Part shown: positions 36,792 through 49,901 of the stretch, piece by piece
Layout of the letters: every line of letters begins with the position of its first letter
Position numbering within the stretch: position 1 is the stretch's first letter
Assembly (NCBI RefSeq): GCF_028641065.1
Contig: NC_073397.1
Location: 38,192,001-38,256,000, forward strand
Length of the DNA: 64,000 nucleotides
Reading direction: 5' to 3'
From: Leucoraja erinacea
Lineage: Eukaryota
Translations under genes and position numbers: made by a program
The notes under the pieces: generated by a model
Told to the model about the DNA's origin: nothing
Database searches by the model: none
What the model saw: the letters and a program-made list of their open reading frames with translations, nothing else

Positions 36792-37869
36792 GGATGAAAC
36801 TGAGGAGAAGAATATAGCTGATTGCATCAACATCTGCATATAAGGTAGAGGGAAAAGGCCAATCGAAAGTTTGAATTGGGTAATTACTATTGATGACAGC
36901 AGAATCTAATTAGATTCAACAAGGTACAAATAGGAATTTATTCAATTCAATTATATAAAAAAAAGTGGTGAGGAAGTAATACCGTGCTGATTAACAACGG
37001 ACACCATCCCCCCCCCCCCCCCCCATGCCCCCACCCAAAGGGTTTACTGTATTTCTGCCACCACGCTGCTTGGCTAACATCAAACTTTGGTTAAGCTACA
37101 GTTAAACGTTTGGAAGGCTGCCACAAAATTCCACCAATACCTAGCTGTTGTTCCATATAGCATCCTTAATATGTCGATGTAGTCTTTGCTTGATTCTATC
37201 TTTGTATTCTCTCATTCTGCTAATGTCGCCCACCTCATCCATCTGTTGCTAATAGTCTCATTGGTACCTCTTAAATAAAGTGCTTTGTACTTGTTCCTGC
37301 ACCTTAAAATTCTCAGTGGTCTTTTCTGTGAAGCCTCCTTCCTGTAGAACCAGACAATTTGAGAGTTCAGGATTTGTAGCCTTATGCTGGCAACCTAGCA
37401 GTGACTGCTTAAATCTTTCAGCCTCTTCCTGCTGGTCAACTTACATCCTGTGACTGTTTCAAATTAAATGATTGTGGTTGCATGCCTCATTTTACTTGAT
37501 CTCATTTCCTGACTGACTGATGACTTGCATGTAACAGCTGAAAAAGAATAATTTCCATTGTTCTTGCTCACTGTTCTTGGGTCTATGAGCCTACTCATAA
37601 TATTACTTGTGAAGTTGAGCTTTTCATAATGTTTTGAAACAAAATGAGCATTGCAATACCTGCATGGCCAAATTACTTCCACATTTTGAATTACTTTATA
37701 TATTTGTATGCGATCATCATACAAATACAAATTATTTAGGAGTGTGGAGTAGGCCACGGCACCTGAACCTGCTCTGCTATTAATAAGAATATAGCTGATC
37801 AGGTATAACTTCAAGTCTTCTAGTTGATGCTGACAGGAGCACGTGCACCATCCCATTTCCAGAATTCAA

Positions 37870-38395
37870 TGGTTAATGCCTTCATTTTGCTGACGATCAA
37901 GGAAGGGGTTGCTTTGGCACCACATTACTAAGCTCTCCATCTCCTTAATGTACTCTCTCTTGTCATTGTTCTAGATCCAGCCCACTATGGTGGTGTCATT
38001 TGCAAACATGTAAATGGAGTTGGAGCAGAATCGTGAAGGTATAGGCAGTATAGTGAGGGGCTGAGTACTCATCCTTGTGGGGCACTGGTGTTGAGAATTA
38101 TTACGGACGATGATTTGTTGCCTATCTGTATTGAATGTAGCCTGTGGGTTAGGAGTTGAGCATCCTGTTGCAGAGGGGGTGTTGAATCCCAGGTCTAGGA
38201 GTTTGGAGATAAATTTGGTTTTGGATGATGGTGTTGAAGGTGGAGGTGTTACAGGGATGAGTGTGTTGCCAAGGAGATGGCATCTGCTGTGGACTTGTGA
38301 CACTAGGTGAAATGCAGTGGATGAAGGATTACCAGGAGCCAAGACCATCCTCCAGAAGCACTTCATGATAGTGGATGGCAGAGCTGATAGGCAAT
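37870..38395 (-). mobile_element. Rex/Babar-type LINE RT fragment
   Basis: PSTIMKCFWR, LISKLLDLG-like and IYMFANDTTIVG motifs. Confidence 0.7.
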
Positions 38396-39365
38396 AAGAA
38401 TTCCAAAGATTCATGGTTTATCTCTCATCTCATAAATGGATATCCCTTGTTTCTGAACAGTGACTCATTGTTCACAGATCCTTTTTTAAAAATTTCAAAC
38501 AAATCACCTTTCACTCTTAAAGTCCAGGAGATAGAAGCCTACTCTGTCCAACGTTTCCTCATAAAACAATTTGTCTGTTCCATGCTAACAAATGTCAGCA
38601 GGAGCTGGAGGATTGGGATAGGTTAGGCTTGTTGATACCCCTACAGTTCAGTGGACACCAAATTAAGTGGTGTTTTAATGAGATTTCCATCGCAGAAAAA
38701 AAATTGACCTTGGTTTGTAAAATTTAAACTTGTTCATTACCCATGGGCTGTCTGTAGAAAGTACTTGGATAGGTGATGTTTCGGGTTAGGATTCTTCTGG
38801 AACCAGCATCTTCAAATTCCTTGTTTCTCTGCATTTTGACTGCAGAAGGGCCCAAACCCGAAATGCCACATCGATGTTCTCCAAATCATAAAAAGTTCCT
38901 TAGACTTTAAAAACAAATTTAGACTTAGCACCTTTTTGTTGCCTTCTAGAAATCTATCTTTAACCATGAATCTATTACTTAAAAAAAGAACTGCCTTTTT
39001 TTGGGAGGGGGAGGGGGGGGGGCATGGAGGTTGCAGATACGTTACTCACTGCAAGAGATTTTTAACAGTCTTTAAGCCTTCAATTTAATTTATTATTGGT
39101 TGGAGTATTATATTAGCATAGCAGTTTAGATGATGCTTGATTTATTCTGCCTATATTATCTTTGCCAAAGTTCCCTATGTATATTTTGTGCAAACATGAG
39201 ACTTGGGAGTTCAGCAGCTGTTTCATTTTTATCAGATATCAACATTCTTGAAGGTTAAGGAATCCATTCCAGAGAAGGAGTCTGGTGGAAGCCTCTGATT
39301 GGTGGAAGAGGACCAGAGAAAGCAGCTGATTGGGTGCAACCCCAGGTTTACATTTCTGCTTTCAG

Positions 39366-39684
39366 GTTAAGGGATCTGTGAGTTAAGGGATCTGTGAGTT
39401 AAGGGATCTGTGAGTTAAGGGTTCTTAAGGGTTCTGTGAGTTAAGGGTTAAGGGATCTGTGAGTTAAGGGTTCTGTGAGTTAAGGGATCTGTGAGTTAAG
39501 GGATCTGTGAGTTAAGGGATCTGTGAGTTAAGGGATCTGTGAGTTAAGGGTTCTGTGAGTTAAGGGTTCTGTGAGTTAAGGGATCTGTGAGTTAAGGGTT
39601 CTGTGAGTTAAGGGTTCTGTGAGTTAAGGGTTCTGTGAGTTAAGGGTTCTGTGAGTTAAGGGATCTGTGAGTTAAGGGCTCTGT
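39366..39684. repeat. 16-bp tandem repeat GTTAAGGG(A/T)TCTGTGA in the CR1 5' UTR
   Basis: About 20 units read directly. Confidence 0.95.
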
Positions 39685-39759
39685 ATTTATCAGTAAAGGT
39701 ACAATTTAAAGGATAAAGATTTTTATAGTGAGGGAGTTGAGTTAATTTGGGAGTAAGCT

Positions 39760-40707
39760 ATGTCAGTGGAGATTGGCCCCGTGGTTTGCTCAGCCTGCAA
39801 CATGTGGGAGATCAGGGATATGGTCGCTGTCTCTGGTGACTACGTTTGCAGGAAGTGTGTCCAGCTACAGCTCCTGGCAGACCGCATTGAACGGTTGGAG
39901 CTGCGATTGGATTCATACTGGAGCATCCACGATGCTGAGAAAGTCGTGAATAGCACGTACAGCGAGTTGGTCACACCGCAGGTAAAAGGAAAGAGGACAG
40001 AAAGGGAACGGGTGGGCAATAGCCAGCAAAGCAGTAGGCAGGTAGTGCAGGAGTCCCCTGCGGTCATCTCCCTCCTAAACAGGTATACCATTTTGGATAC
40101 TGTTGAGGGAGATTGCTCATCAGGGGAAGGCAGCAACAGCCAAGTTCATGGCACCATGGGTGGCTCTGCGGCACAGGAGGGGAGAAAAAAGAGTGGAAGG
40201 GCAATAGTAATAGGGGATTCAATTGTAAGGGGAATAGATAGGTGTTTCTGTGGCCACAAACGAGACTCCAGGATGGTATGTTGCCTCCCTGGTGCAAGGG
40301 TCAGAGATGTCACTGATCGGCTGCAGAACATTCTGGAGGGGGAAGGTGAACAGCCAGTTGGCATGGTGCATATTGGCACCAACGATATAGGTAAAAAAAG
40401 GGATGAGGTCCTACAAGGTGAATTTAGGGAGCTAGGAGATAAACTTAAAAGTAGGGCCTCAAAGGTAATAATCTCTGGATTATTACCAGTGCCACGGGCT
40501 AGTCAGAGTAGAAATAGGAGGATATTGCAGATGAATACGTGGCTTGAAAAATGGTGCAAGGGGGAGGGATTCAAATTTCTAGGGCATTGGAACCAGTTCT
40601 GGGGGAGGTGGGACCAGTACAAACACGACGTTCTGCACCTGGGCTGGAATGGAACCAATGTCCTTGGGGGAGTGTTTGCTAGTGCTGTCGGGGAGGATTT
40701 AAACTAA
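39760..40707 (+). CDS. CR1 ORF1p: zinc finger, leucine zipper and SGNH esterase domain (315 aa, uninterrupted)
   Basis: CSAC-x16-CRKC, heptad leucines, IVIGDSIVRG, VHIGTND, DVLHL. Confidence 0.88.
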   Translation: MSVEIGPVVCSACNMWEIRDMVAVSGDYVCRKCVQLQLLADRIERLELRLDSYWSIHDAEKVVNSTYSELVTPQVKGKRTERERVGNSQQSSRQVVQESPAVISLLNRYTILDTVEGDCSSGEGSNSQVHGTMGGSAAQEGRKKSGRAIVIGDSIVRGIDRCFCGHKRDSRMVCCLPGARVRDVTDRLQNILEGEGEQPVGMVHIGTNDIGKKRDEVLQGEFRELGDKLKSRASKVIISGLLPVPRASQSRNRRILQMNTWLEKWCKGEGFKFLGHWNQFWGRWDQYKHDVLHLGWNGTNVLGGVFASAVGEDLN

Positions 40708-43679
40708 TGTGGCAGGGGGATGGGTGCAAGAGCAGAGAGGCAGAGGGGTGTAAAATGAGGGTAGAAGCAATAGGTAGCAAGGTGAAAAGTAAAAGTGGCA
40801 GGCAGACAAATCCAGGGCAAAAATCAAACAGGGCCACTTTTCAACATAATTGTATAATGGGTAAGAGTGTAAAGACAAGCCTGAAGGCTTTGTATCCTAA
40901 TGCAAGGAGCATTCGTAATAAGGTGGATGAGTTAAATTTGCAGATAGTTATTAATGAATATGATATAGTTGGGATCACGGAGACATGGCTCCAGGGTGAC
41001 CAAGGCTGGGAGCTGAACATCCAGGGATATTCAATATTCAGGAGGGATAGACAGAAAGGAAAAAGGCGGTGTAGTGTTGCTGGTTAGAGAGGAGATTAAC
41101 GCAATAGAAAGGAAGGACATTAGCTTGGAGGATGTGGAATCGATATGGGTAGAGATGCGAAACACTAAGGGGCAGAAAACGCTAGTGGGAGTGGTGTACC
41201 GGCCACCTAACAGTAGTAGTAGAGTTGGGGATGGCATCAAACAGGAAATTAGAAACGCATGCAACAAAGGTAAAACAATTATAATGGGTGACTTCAATCT
41301 ACATATAGATTGGGTAAATCAAATTGGCAGGGGTGCTGAGGAAGAGGATTTCTTGGAATGTATGCGGGATAATTTTCTAAACCAACGTAGAAGAATCAAC
41401 GAGAGAGCAGGCTATTCTAGACTGGGTATTGAGTAATGAGGAAGGGTTAGTTAGCAGTCTTGTTGTGCGTGGCCCCTTGGGCAAGAGTGACCATAATATG
41501 GTTGAGTTCTTCATTAGGATGGAGAGTGACATTGTTAATTCAGAAACAAGGGTCCTGAACTTAAAGAAAGGTGACTTTGAGGGTATGAGACGTGAATTGG
41601 CCAAGATAGACTGGCAAATGATTCTTAAAGGGTTGACGGTGGATATGCAATGGAAGGCATTTAAAAACTGCATGGATGAACTACAACAAGTGTTCATCCC
41701 AGTTTGGCAAAAGAATAAATCAGGGAAGGTAGTGCATCCGTGGATAACAAGGGAAATCAGGGATAGTATCAAAACAAAAGATGAAGCGTACAAATTAGCC
41801 AGAACAAGCAGCCTACCAGAGGACTGGGAGAAATTCAGAGTCCAGCAGAGGAGGACAAAAGGCTTAATTAGGAAAGGGAAAATAGATTATGAAAGAAAAC
41901 TGGCAGAGAACATAAAAACTGACTGTAAAAGTTTTTATAGATATGTGAAGAGGAAAAGATTAGTTAAAACAAATGTAGGTCCCTTGCAGTCATAAACAGG
42001 CGAATTGATCATGGGGAACAAGGACATGGCAGACCAATTGAATAACTACTTTGGTTCTGTCTTCACCAAGGAAGACATAAACAATCTGACGGAAATAGCA
42101 AGGGACCGGGGGTTAAATGAGAGGGAGGAACTGAGTGAAAACTGAGCGAGGTTAGCCGGGAAGTGGTGTTAGGTAAATTGAATGGATTAAAGGCCGATAA
42201 ATCCCCAGGGCCAGATAAGTTGCATCCCAGAGTACTTAAGGAAGTGGCCACAGAAATAGTGGATGCATTAGTGATAATTTTTCAAAACTCTTTAGATTCT
42301 GGAGTAGTCCCTGAGGACTGGAGGGTAGCTAATGTAACCCCACTTTTTAAAAAGGGAGGGAGAGAGAAAACGGGGAATTACAGACCAGTTAGTCTAACAT
42401 CGGTGGTGGGGAAAATTCTGGTCAGTTATTAAAGATGGGATAGCAGCACATTTGGAAAGTGGTGAATTCATTGGACAAAGTCAGCATGGATTTATGAAAG
42501 GTAAATCAGGTCTGACGAATCTTATAGAATTTTTTGAGGATGTAACTAGTAGAGTGGGTAAGGGAGAACCAGTGGATGTGTTATATCTGGACTTTCAGAA
42601 GGCTTTCGACAAGGTCCCACATAAGAGATTAGTATACAAACTTAAAGCACATGGTATTGGGGGTTCAGTATTGATGTGGATAGAGAACTGGCTGGCAGAC
42701 AGGAAGCAAAGAGTGGGAGTAAACGGGTCCTTTTCAGAATGGCAGGCAGTGACTAGTGGGGTACCGCAAGGCACAGTGCTGGGACCCCAGCTATTTACAA
42801 TATATTTTAATGATCTGGATGAGGGAATTGAATGCAACATCTCCAAGTTTGCGGATGACACAAAGCTGAGGGGCAGTGTTAGCTGTGAGGAGGATGCTAA
42901 GAGGCTGCAAGGTGACTTGGATAGGTTGGGTGAGTGGGCAAATGTTTGGCAGATGCAGTATAATGTGGATAAATGTGAGGCTATCCACTTTGGTGGCAAA
43001 AACAGGAAAGTAGACTATTATCTGAATGGTGGCCGATTAAGAAAAGGGGAGATGCAACGAGACCTGGATGTCATGGTACACCAGTCATTGAAAGTAGGCT
43101 GCAGGTGCAGCAGGCAGTGAAGAAAGCAAATGGTATGTTAGCATTCATAGCAAAAGGATTTCAGTATAAGAGCATGGAGGTTCTACTGCAGTTGTACATG
43201 ATCTTGGTGAGACCACACATGGAGTATTGCGTACAGTCTTGGTCTCCTAATCTGAGGAAAGACATTCTTGCCATAGAGGGAGTACAGAGAATGTTCACCA
43301 GACTGATTCCTGGGATGGCAGGACTTTCATATGAAGAAAGACTGGATAGACTCGGCTTGTACACGCTGGAATTCAGAAGATTGAGGGGGGATCTTATAGA
43401 AACTTATAAAATTCTTAAGCGGTTAGACAGGCTAGATGCAGGAAGATTATGTTGGGGAAGTCCAGAACTAGGGGTCACAGTTTAAGGATAAGAGGGAAAT
43501 CTTTTAGGACCGAGATGAGAAAAACATTTTTTACACAGAGAGTGGTGAATCTGTGGAATTCTCTGCCACAGAAGGTAGTTGAGGCCAGTTCATTGGCTAT
43601 ATTTAAGAGGGAGTTAGATGTGGCCCTTGTGGCTAAAGGGATCAGGGGGTATGGAGAGAAGGCAGGGATGGGATACTGA
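40707..43679 (+). pseudogene. CR1 ORF2 (apurinic endonuclease + reverse transcriptase), disrupted
   Basis: NARSIRNK, GITETWL, MGDFN, SDH, NYRPVSLTS, LDFQKAFDKVPH, GVPQG, FADD split over at least seven ORF pieces. Confidence 0.93.
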
Positions 43680-43944
43680 GTTGGATGATCAGCCATGATC
43701 ATATGGAATGGTGGTGCAGGCTCAAAGGGCCGAATGGCCTACTCCTGCACCTATTTTCTATGTTTCTATGTTAAACTCCTATCAGCAAATATTGCAAGCA
43801 GTCTGAATGTGTAAGGTTTTGTCATTTTACCTGCCCATTATCCACATTTCCTAAATGATTATTGTACAGTGATTTGGAACAGGGATTCTTTTGAGTCATC
43901 ATCTTCCTCTTAAAAATCAAAACTTTGTAGCCATGTTGACACTC

Positions 43945-44630
43945 TCTACTGAAAGTAAGCATGCAGGTACAACAGGCAGTGAAGAAAGCTATTGGCATAT
44001 TGGCCTTCATTGTGAGAGGATTTGAGTTTAGGAGTAAGGAGGTGCTACTGCAGTTGTACAGGGCCCTGGTGAGACCGCACCTGGAGTATTGTGTTTAACT
44101 TTGGTCTCCTAATTTGAGAAAGGACATTATTACTATTGAGGGAGTGCAGCATAGGTTCACCAGGTTAATTTCTGGGATGACGGAACTAACATATGATGAA
44201 AGAATGAGTCGGCTGGGCTTGTATTCGCTGGAATTAGGGATGAGAGGGGATCTTACAGAAACATATCAAATTCTTAGAGGATTGGACAGGGTAGATGCAG
44301 GAAAAATGTTCCTGATGTTGCAGTCCAGATCCAGGGGTCACAGTTGAGGAATGTTGGAGACCATTTAGGACTGAGATGAGGAAAAACATTTTCACCCAGA
44401 GAGTTGTGAATGTGGAATTCTCTGCAACAGAAGGCAGTGGAGGCCAATTCACTGGATGTTTTCAGGAGAGAGTTAGATTTAGCTCTTAGGGGTAAGGGAA
44501 TCAAGGGATATGGAGGAAAAGCCGGAATGGGATACTGATTTTGGATGATCAGCCATGATCATATTGAATGGCGGTGCTGGTTCGAAGGGCTGAATGGCCT
44601 ACTCCTGCACCTATTTTCTATGTCTATGTT
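43945..44630 (+). mobile_element. CR1 3' fragment
   Basis: RT C-terminus and 3' UTR with ttctatgtctatgt tail. Confidence 0.88.
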
Positions 44631-44889
44631 TATAGCCACCGCCACTTTCCAGCCCTCCTTATCCGTTGGTATTTGCCCATCATTTTTACATAGGCTAGAA
44701 ATCTGAAATAAATTATACTGAGATTTGTGATTTCCATGATTGAACACAAGGCGCATCACAATTTCTGAGGAGGTTTCAAGCAAAGATCACATCTTTGGTT
44801 TCAAAGGAATGAAGCAGTGGAAAAGCTTGTGAATTTGCAGGCAGCACAGTGGTGCCTGCCACATGGCAAGTATGTGCAGCTCCAGTGAC

Positions 44890-46685
44890 CAGGGTGAAAG
44901 GTAATGTTACAGTGCTTGGGAATCTGAAAAGACTGAAGGTGGATAAGTCCTGGGCCAGGTGGACTATACCCCAGGGTTCTGAAAGAGGTTGCTTTAAAGA
45001 TTGCGGAGGTATTGGTGGTGACCTTTCAACAATCACACGGGTCAGGAATGGTGCTAGAGGACTGGAAACGTGCAGGTGTTATTCTGCTGTTCAAGAAAGG
45101 ACCGATGCAAAAGAGGCCGGTTAGCTTAAGTGATTGGTAAGATTTTAACGTCCGTTATTAAGGATGAGGTTTCTGAGTACTTAGGAGCACATGATAAAAT
45201 AGGCCCTAATGTCAGAATGGTTTTGTGAAGGGGAGATATTGCCTGATAGATCTGTTGGAATTCTTCGAGGAAGTGAATAGCAGGACAGACAAATCAGAGA
45301 GTGTTGTTTACTTGGATTTTCAGAAGGCCTTAAATAAAGTGCCCCATAAAGTGAGACTGCTAGACAAGATGAGAAGCCATGGTATTAGGGGGAAGATACT
45401 AACATGGTTAGGAGATTGGCTGAATGGTAGAAGGCAAACAGAGTAAAGGGAGCTTTCTCTGGTAAGATGCCGTGACTGGTGTTCCACAGGGGTATGTGTT
45501 GGTGCCGAGACTGGTGTTCTGCAGGGGTCCGTGTCAGTGTTGGTGCCGAGACTGGTGTTCTGCAGGGGTCAGTGTTGGTGCCGAGACTGGTGTTCCGCAG
45601 GGGTCAGTGTTGGTGCCGAGACTGGTGTTCTGCAGGGGTCCGTGTCAGTGTTGGTGCCGAGACTGGTGTTCTGCAGGGGTCCGTGTCAGTGTTGGTGCCG
45701 AGACTGTTGTTCTGCAGGGGTCAGTGTTGGTGCCGAGACTGGTGTTCTGCAGGGGTCAGTGTTGGTGCCGAGACTGGTGTTCTGCAGGGGTCCGTGTCAT
45801 TGTTGGTGCCGAGACTGGTGTTCTGCAGGGGTCCGTGTCAGTGTTGGTGCCGAGACTGGTGTTCTGCAGGGGTCAGTGTTGGTGTTGAGTGCCGTGTTCT
45901 AGTGTTCCACAGGGGTATGTGTTGGTGCCGGGACTGGTGTTCTGCAGGGGTCAGTGTTGGTGTTGGTGCCGTGACTTGTGTTCTGCAGGGGTCAGTGTTG
46001 GTGCCGAGACTGGTGTTCCGCAGGGGTCAGTGTTGGTGCCGAGACTGGTGTTCCGCAGGGGTCAGTGTTGGTGCCGAGACTGGTGTTCTGCAGGGGTCAG
46101 TGTTGGTGCCGAGACTGGTGTTCCGCAGGGGTCAGTGTTGGTGCCGAGACTGGTGTTCTGCAGGGGTCAGTGTTGGTGTTGGTGCCGTGACTAGTGTTCC
46201 ACAGGGGTATGTGTTGGTGCCGAGACTGGTGTTCTGCAGGGGTCAGTGTTGGTGTTGGTGCCGTGACTAGTGTTCTGCAGGGGTCAGTGTTGGTGCCGAG
46301 ACTGGTGTTCTGCAGGGGTCGGTGTTGGGTCTGCTACTTTCACATGTATATCAATGATTTGGCCTAGTTTGTAGATGAATTGGTGAAGGGGTTGGTCTTG
46401 AGCAGGGAGCAGAGAGTCTGAAGAAGAATTTGGACAGGTTGGGAGAGTGGGCAAAGAAGTGGAAGATAGGTTACAGCATAGCAAAGTGGGGGGTCATGCA
46501 TTTGCTAATACTCCTCTGCATTTGGAGTATTGTGAACAGTTTTGGGCCCCTTACCTGAGGACAGATGTGCTGGTGGTTGGAGAGGGTTCAGAGGTTTACT
46601 AGCACAATCCAAGTTGGTGATTAGGTTAACGTATGCCGAGCATTTCACAGCTCTGGTATGTACTTGGGCTTGAATTGCAGAAATA
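44890..46685 (+). mobile_element. Old CR1 RT fragment containing a minisatellite
   Basis: CLIDLLEFFEEV, YLDFQKALNKVPH, WLGDWL. Confidence 0.8.
45472..46330. repeat. 35/41-bp minisatellite derived from the CR1 RT GVPQGSVL coding sequence
   Basis: Unit CTGGTGTTCYGCAGGGGTCAGTGTTGGTGCCGAGA, about 23 copies. Confidence 0.95.
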
Positions 46686-48411
46686 AGACAAGATGTATGA
46701 TGATCTGAATCTAAAGTAATATACAAAGTATTTAATGTTGATTATGGAGGTAGAAATGAAAGCACCTCTACAAGAATGTAGGAAATGAACAGTCTTAGAT
46801 AAGACAACCTTACCAGTGTGACTTTTAAATTGGTGTCTGTCAATACTACTGTTTGCACATCCCACCATGGTCAGAATTTTACTTAATTATTCACTAATTT
46901 GTCATCTTAAATGGCGAATGATGTAGCTGACGGTTATATTCACAAAGAACAAACAATTCTACTCTCAGCTGTGTAGAGATTATCAAAGCTTGTTTATGGT
47001 GCAATAATCATCTAGCTACTATTTGGTAAGGGAATCTGTGTGGTGATAGTCTTTTTGGTTGTCATCTTTGTGGACTGACCACTTCAATTTGAGATAACGT
47101 ATCAGTTTGTTCTCCAGAAGAGGGAATGGACTTGAAATGGGTGTGCAAAGGACACTGGTTAGTTTGTATTTGAACACTTAGCTTTCCAAGGATCATTCTT
47201 CTGATTGGACACGATGTCTGTTTCCATCAATCTTAATTTATAGCTTTTCTAAATAGTTCTGTAAATATATTTAACTACTTTCCCTTAATCATCCAGTTCT
47301 TGAAGTGATTGTATTTTCTGGTTTGATTTGGGGATTTGAATAAAGGAGATGAAAATTTATGTTAGTGTTATTCAAGCTTACAACAGTGTTTCTTTTACAT
47401 TTTGTTGCTTTAAGTCTTGGCTTATTATAAAAGAAATAACTTCAACAATAAAATGTTTGGAAACTGTATCTGTGTCTTGACTTTGATATAAGTATGTGGA
47501 AATTTACTTTCTAATATATTTTACAGAGGGAATATTTTGTTTTAATGTTCTCCCTTTAAACACAATATTCTTTTGCTGGTGTATAACAATCCATAAATGC
47601 TCTTCTTGCACAAAGTGGTTGTATTTCAGATACCTTTGTCAACTGAGAAGCCAACTTAAACAAGCGCATGTAAACATCAGAAATATTTTTGTACATTTGC
47701 CCATTTCACGATTACATCTGAGAAGAGTCACTTAAAGGAAGATTGTCAATAACTTCAGAACTGATAATATTATTATACAGCAAATATTTGAGATGGTAAA
47801 CAAGCTCCATCATTTGTATACTGCTAAACCATTGAATTTTGTATAATCAAGCATTACATCACATCCTCTGCTGACTCACGGGAGTAGAGGTTTAAACATC
47901 ACTCCAAAATGTGTTCATAATTGGGACTGATAATTCTGATCACTGCTGAAAGACTTGTACGTTGTTAAAGGTAACATCTTTTGACTGAAATTCAATGTTA
48001 TTGGGCAATTTAGAAGTTGACACAGCAGCTCCCAGGTCCTATTCAAAGAGCCAAGGTCTTCCATACCTCTCCAAAACCCCCCTCTTGTATTTATTTGCCT
48101 TGGAACAATCTTGAAATCTTAGTTGAAACAAAAGGTAATTGTGTGATATTCTTGTATGTTTCTTGCAGTACTGAAGTGAGTAAGCTTGGTTTCCAAATGT
48201 GTTGGATTTATTGATCCTTTATGCTCAGATACCAGATGCTGCTGCCCATTCTGTATCCACCTGACCTTTAATCTTTAATGAATCATCATGTCACCCACGG
48301 GATCATCAAATCTGCGGACCCTGATATATGTGTCGATAATTTAATTGATGATCAGTTTAAGTCCAGGTCAAATACAAGGAACTAAATGATTAGCTGTGAC
48401 CATCCCAGTGT

Positions 48412-48710
48412 ACGGGTGGCACAGCTACTGAACTGCTGCCCCGCAGCACCAGAGACCCAGGTTCGATCCTGACCACGGGTGCTGTCTGCATGGAGTTTGC
48501 ATGTTCTCCCTATGACTGCATGGGTTTCCTCCGCATCTCAAAGACATGGGGGTTTGCAGGTTAATTATTCTCTTTAAATTGTCCCTAGTGTGGAGGGAGT
48601 GGATGAGTAAATGGGATAACAGAACTCGTGAGAACGGATGATTTATGGTTGATGTGGTCTTGGTCGGCTGAAGAGCCTTTTTCCATGCTGTCTCTCTAAA
48701 CTAAACTAGA
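48412..48710 (+). mobile_element. HE1/V-SINE-type tRNA-derived SINE
   Basis: B-box ggttcgatcc, V-domain tggagtttgcatgttctccc, (ctaaa)n tail. Confidence 0.8.
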
Positions 48711-49349
48711 TTTAAGATCACCAGCTGATTTGTTTGTCAGATTTGCCATTCCATTGTTTCTGCTAATGTAATATTAACATTCAAGCTTATCTGAGAGTTA
48801 CCCGATTGTAATCAACATCTGGACACATCCTGCAAAGTAATTCTAACACTTGTGACTGCCACTTTTCAGCGGTTACACTAAATCAGTTATTTTGCTTCAG
48901 TGTCTTGACATTTTGAGAGGTGAAAATCATGATATAAATGTCCTGATTTGTTGACTGATTGCAATGATATTGTTCATCCCTTCACTAAAGATCAAAGCAA
49001 TATGCGATGGGATCATACGTCAGTACTTACTGAAACATTAATTGTTGTAACAATCTGATGTTTGGAAAGTGCATTTTAAAATGCATTTCAAAGGAAGCTC
49101 AAAAAGAAGAATCAAACTGTTTGGATTGGGGATAAACAAAGAGCACTGCTCACTACAACACTTTTATAATAGCCTGCATTTTGTGGTAAGCAACAAACAA
49201 ATGGTGCCAAATATTTATTACCCATAACATTTGCCCACAGGCTTTCAGTAAACTGTTTAAAAAGGCCAAAGCACTTACAGCATCCTCTTCAGAAATCTAG
49301 TATCTGTGTAAACTAGACAAACAGTGTATCTTTAACAAATATAACAAAG

Positions 49350-49635
49350 GTATGGCATAGTGGCACAACAGTTCAGCTGTGCCTTACGGTGCCAAAGACC
49401 TGGGTTTGATCCTGACAATAGGTGATGTCTGTATGAAGTTTATATGTTCTCCTTTGTACTACGGCCCTGGTTTCCACCTACAGTTCAAAGACGTGCAGGT
49501 TTGTAGGTTCATTGGCTTCTGTAAATTGTCCCTAGTGTGGAGGATAGAACTAGTATATGGGTAATTGTTGGTCACATGAACTTGGTGGGCATATGAGCCT
49601 ATTTCCACACTGTATCTCTGAACTAAAAACTGAAA
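49350..49635 (+). mobile_element. HE1/V-SINE-type SINE
   Basis: Colinear with the 48412-48710 copy. Confidence 0.75.
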
Positions 49636-49901
49636 AACAAAATCACAAAGAATTAATAATGAGTCCAGAGTTTGCAGCAGGAAGTTAGTGTTGGTTAGAA
49701 TGTTAATTTAATGCAAAAGCATGTACAAAAAGCAGAAAAAAAAAAAGTTAGGAAGGAATGTTAGGATTGAGAAATTGTAGTGGATGGTGAACAATAATTA
49801 AAATCTTGAAGAAATGATTTGTCATGTTATTAAAAGTAAATTTTCAGTGTTGGAGCACTTGCTTAGTACGTTTGTGTAAAATGCTGCTTAAAAATTCACT
49901 T

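Larger units (their letters stand above)
39270..43772 (+). mobile_element. Near full-length CR1 LINE (5' boundary approximate)
   Basis: 5' UTR, ORF1, APE-RT ORF2, 3' UTR ending (ttctatgt)n. Confidence 0.95.

Noticed and set aside
39366-39684. CRISPR-like or true telomeric repeat
   Set aside because: No spacers; the 16-bp unit contains TTAAGGG, not tandem TTAGGG
45472-46330. CRISPR-like array or Cys/Trp-rich protein gene
   Set aside because: Units are contiguous with no unique spacers, there are no cas genes, the context is eukaryotic, and the unit derives from CR1 RT
48412-48480. tRNA gene
   Set aside because: It is the tRNA-derived head of a V-SINE and continues into the SINE body
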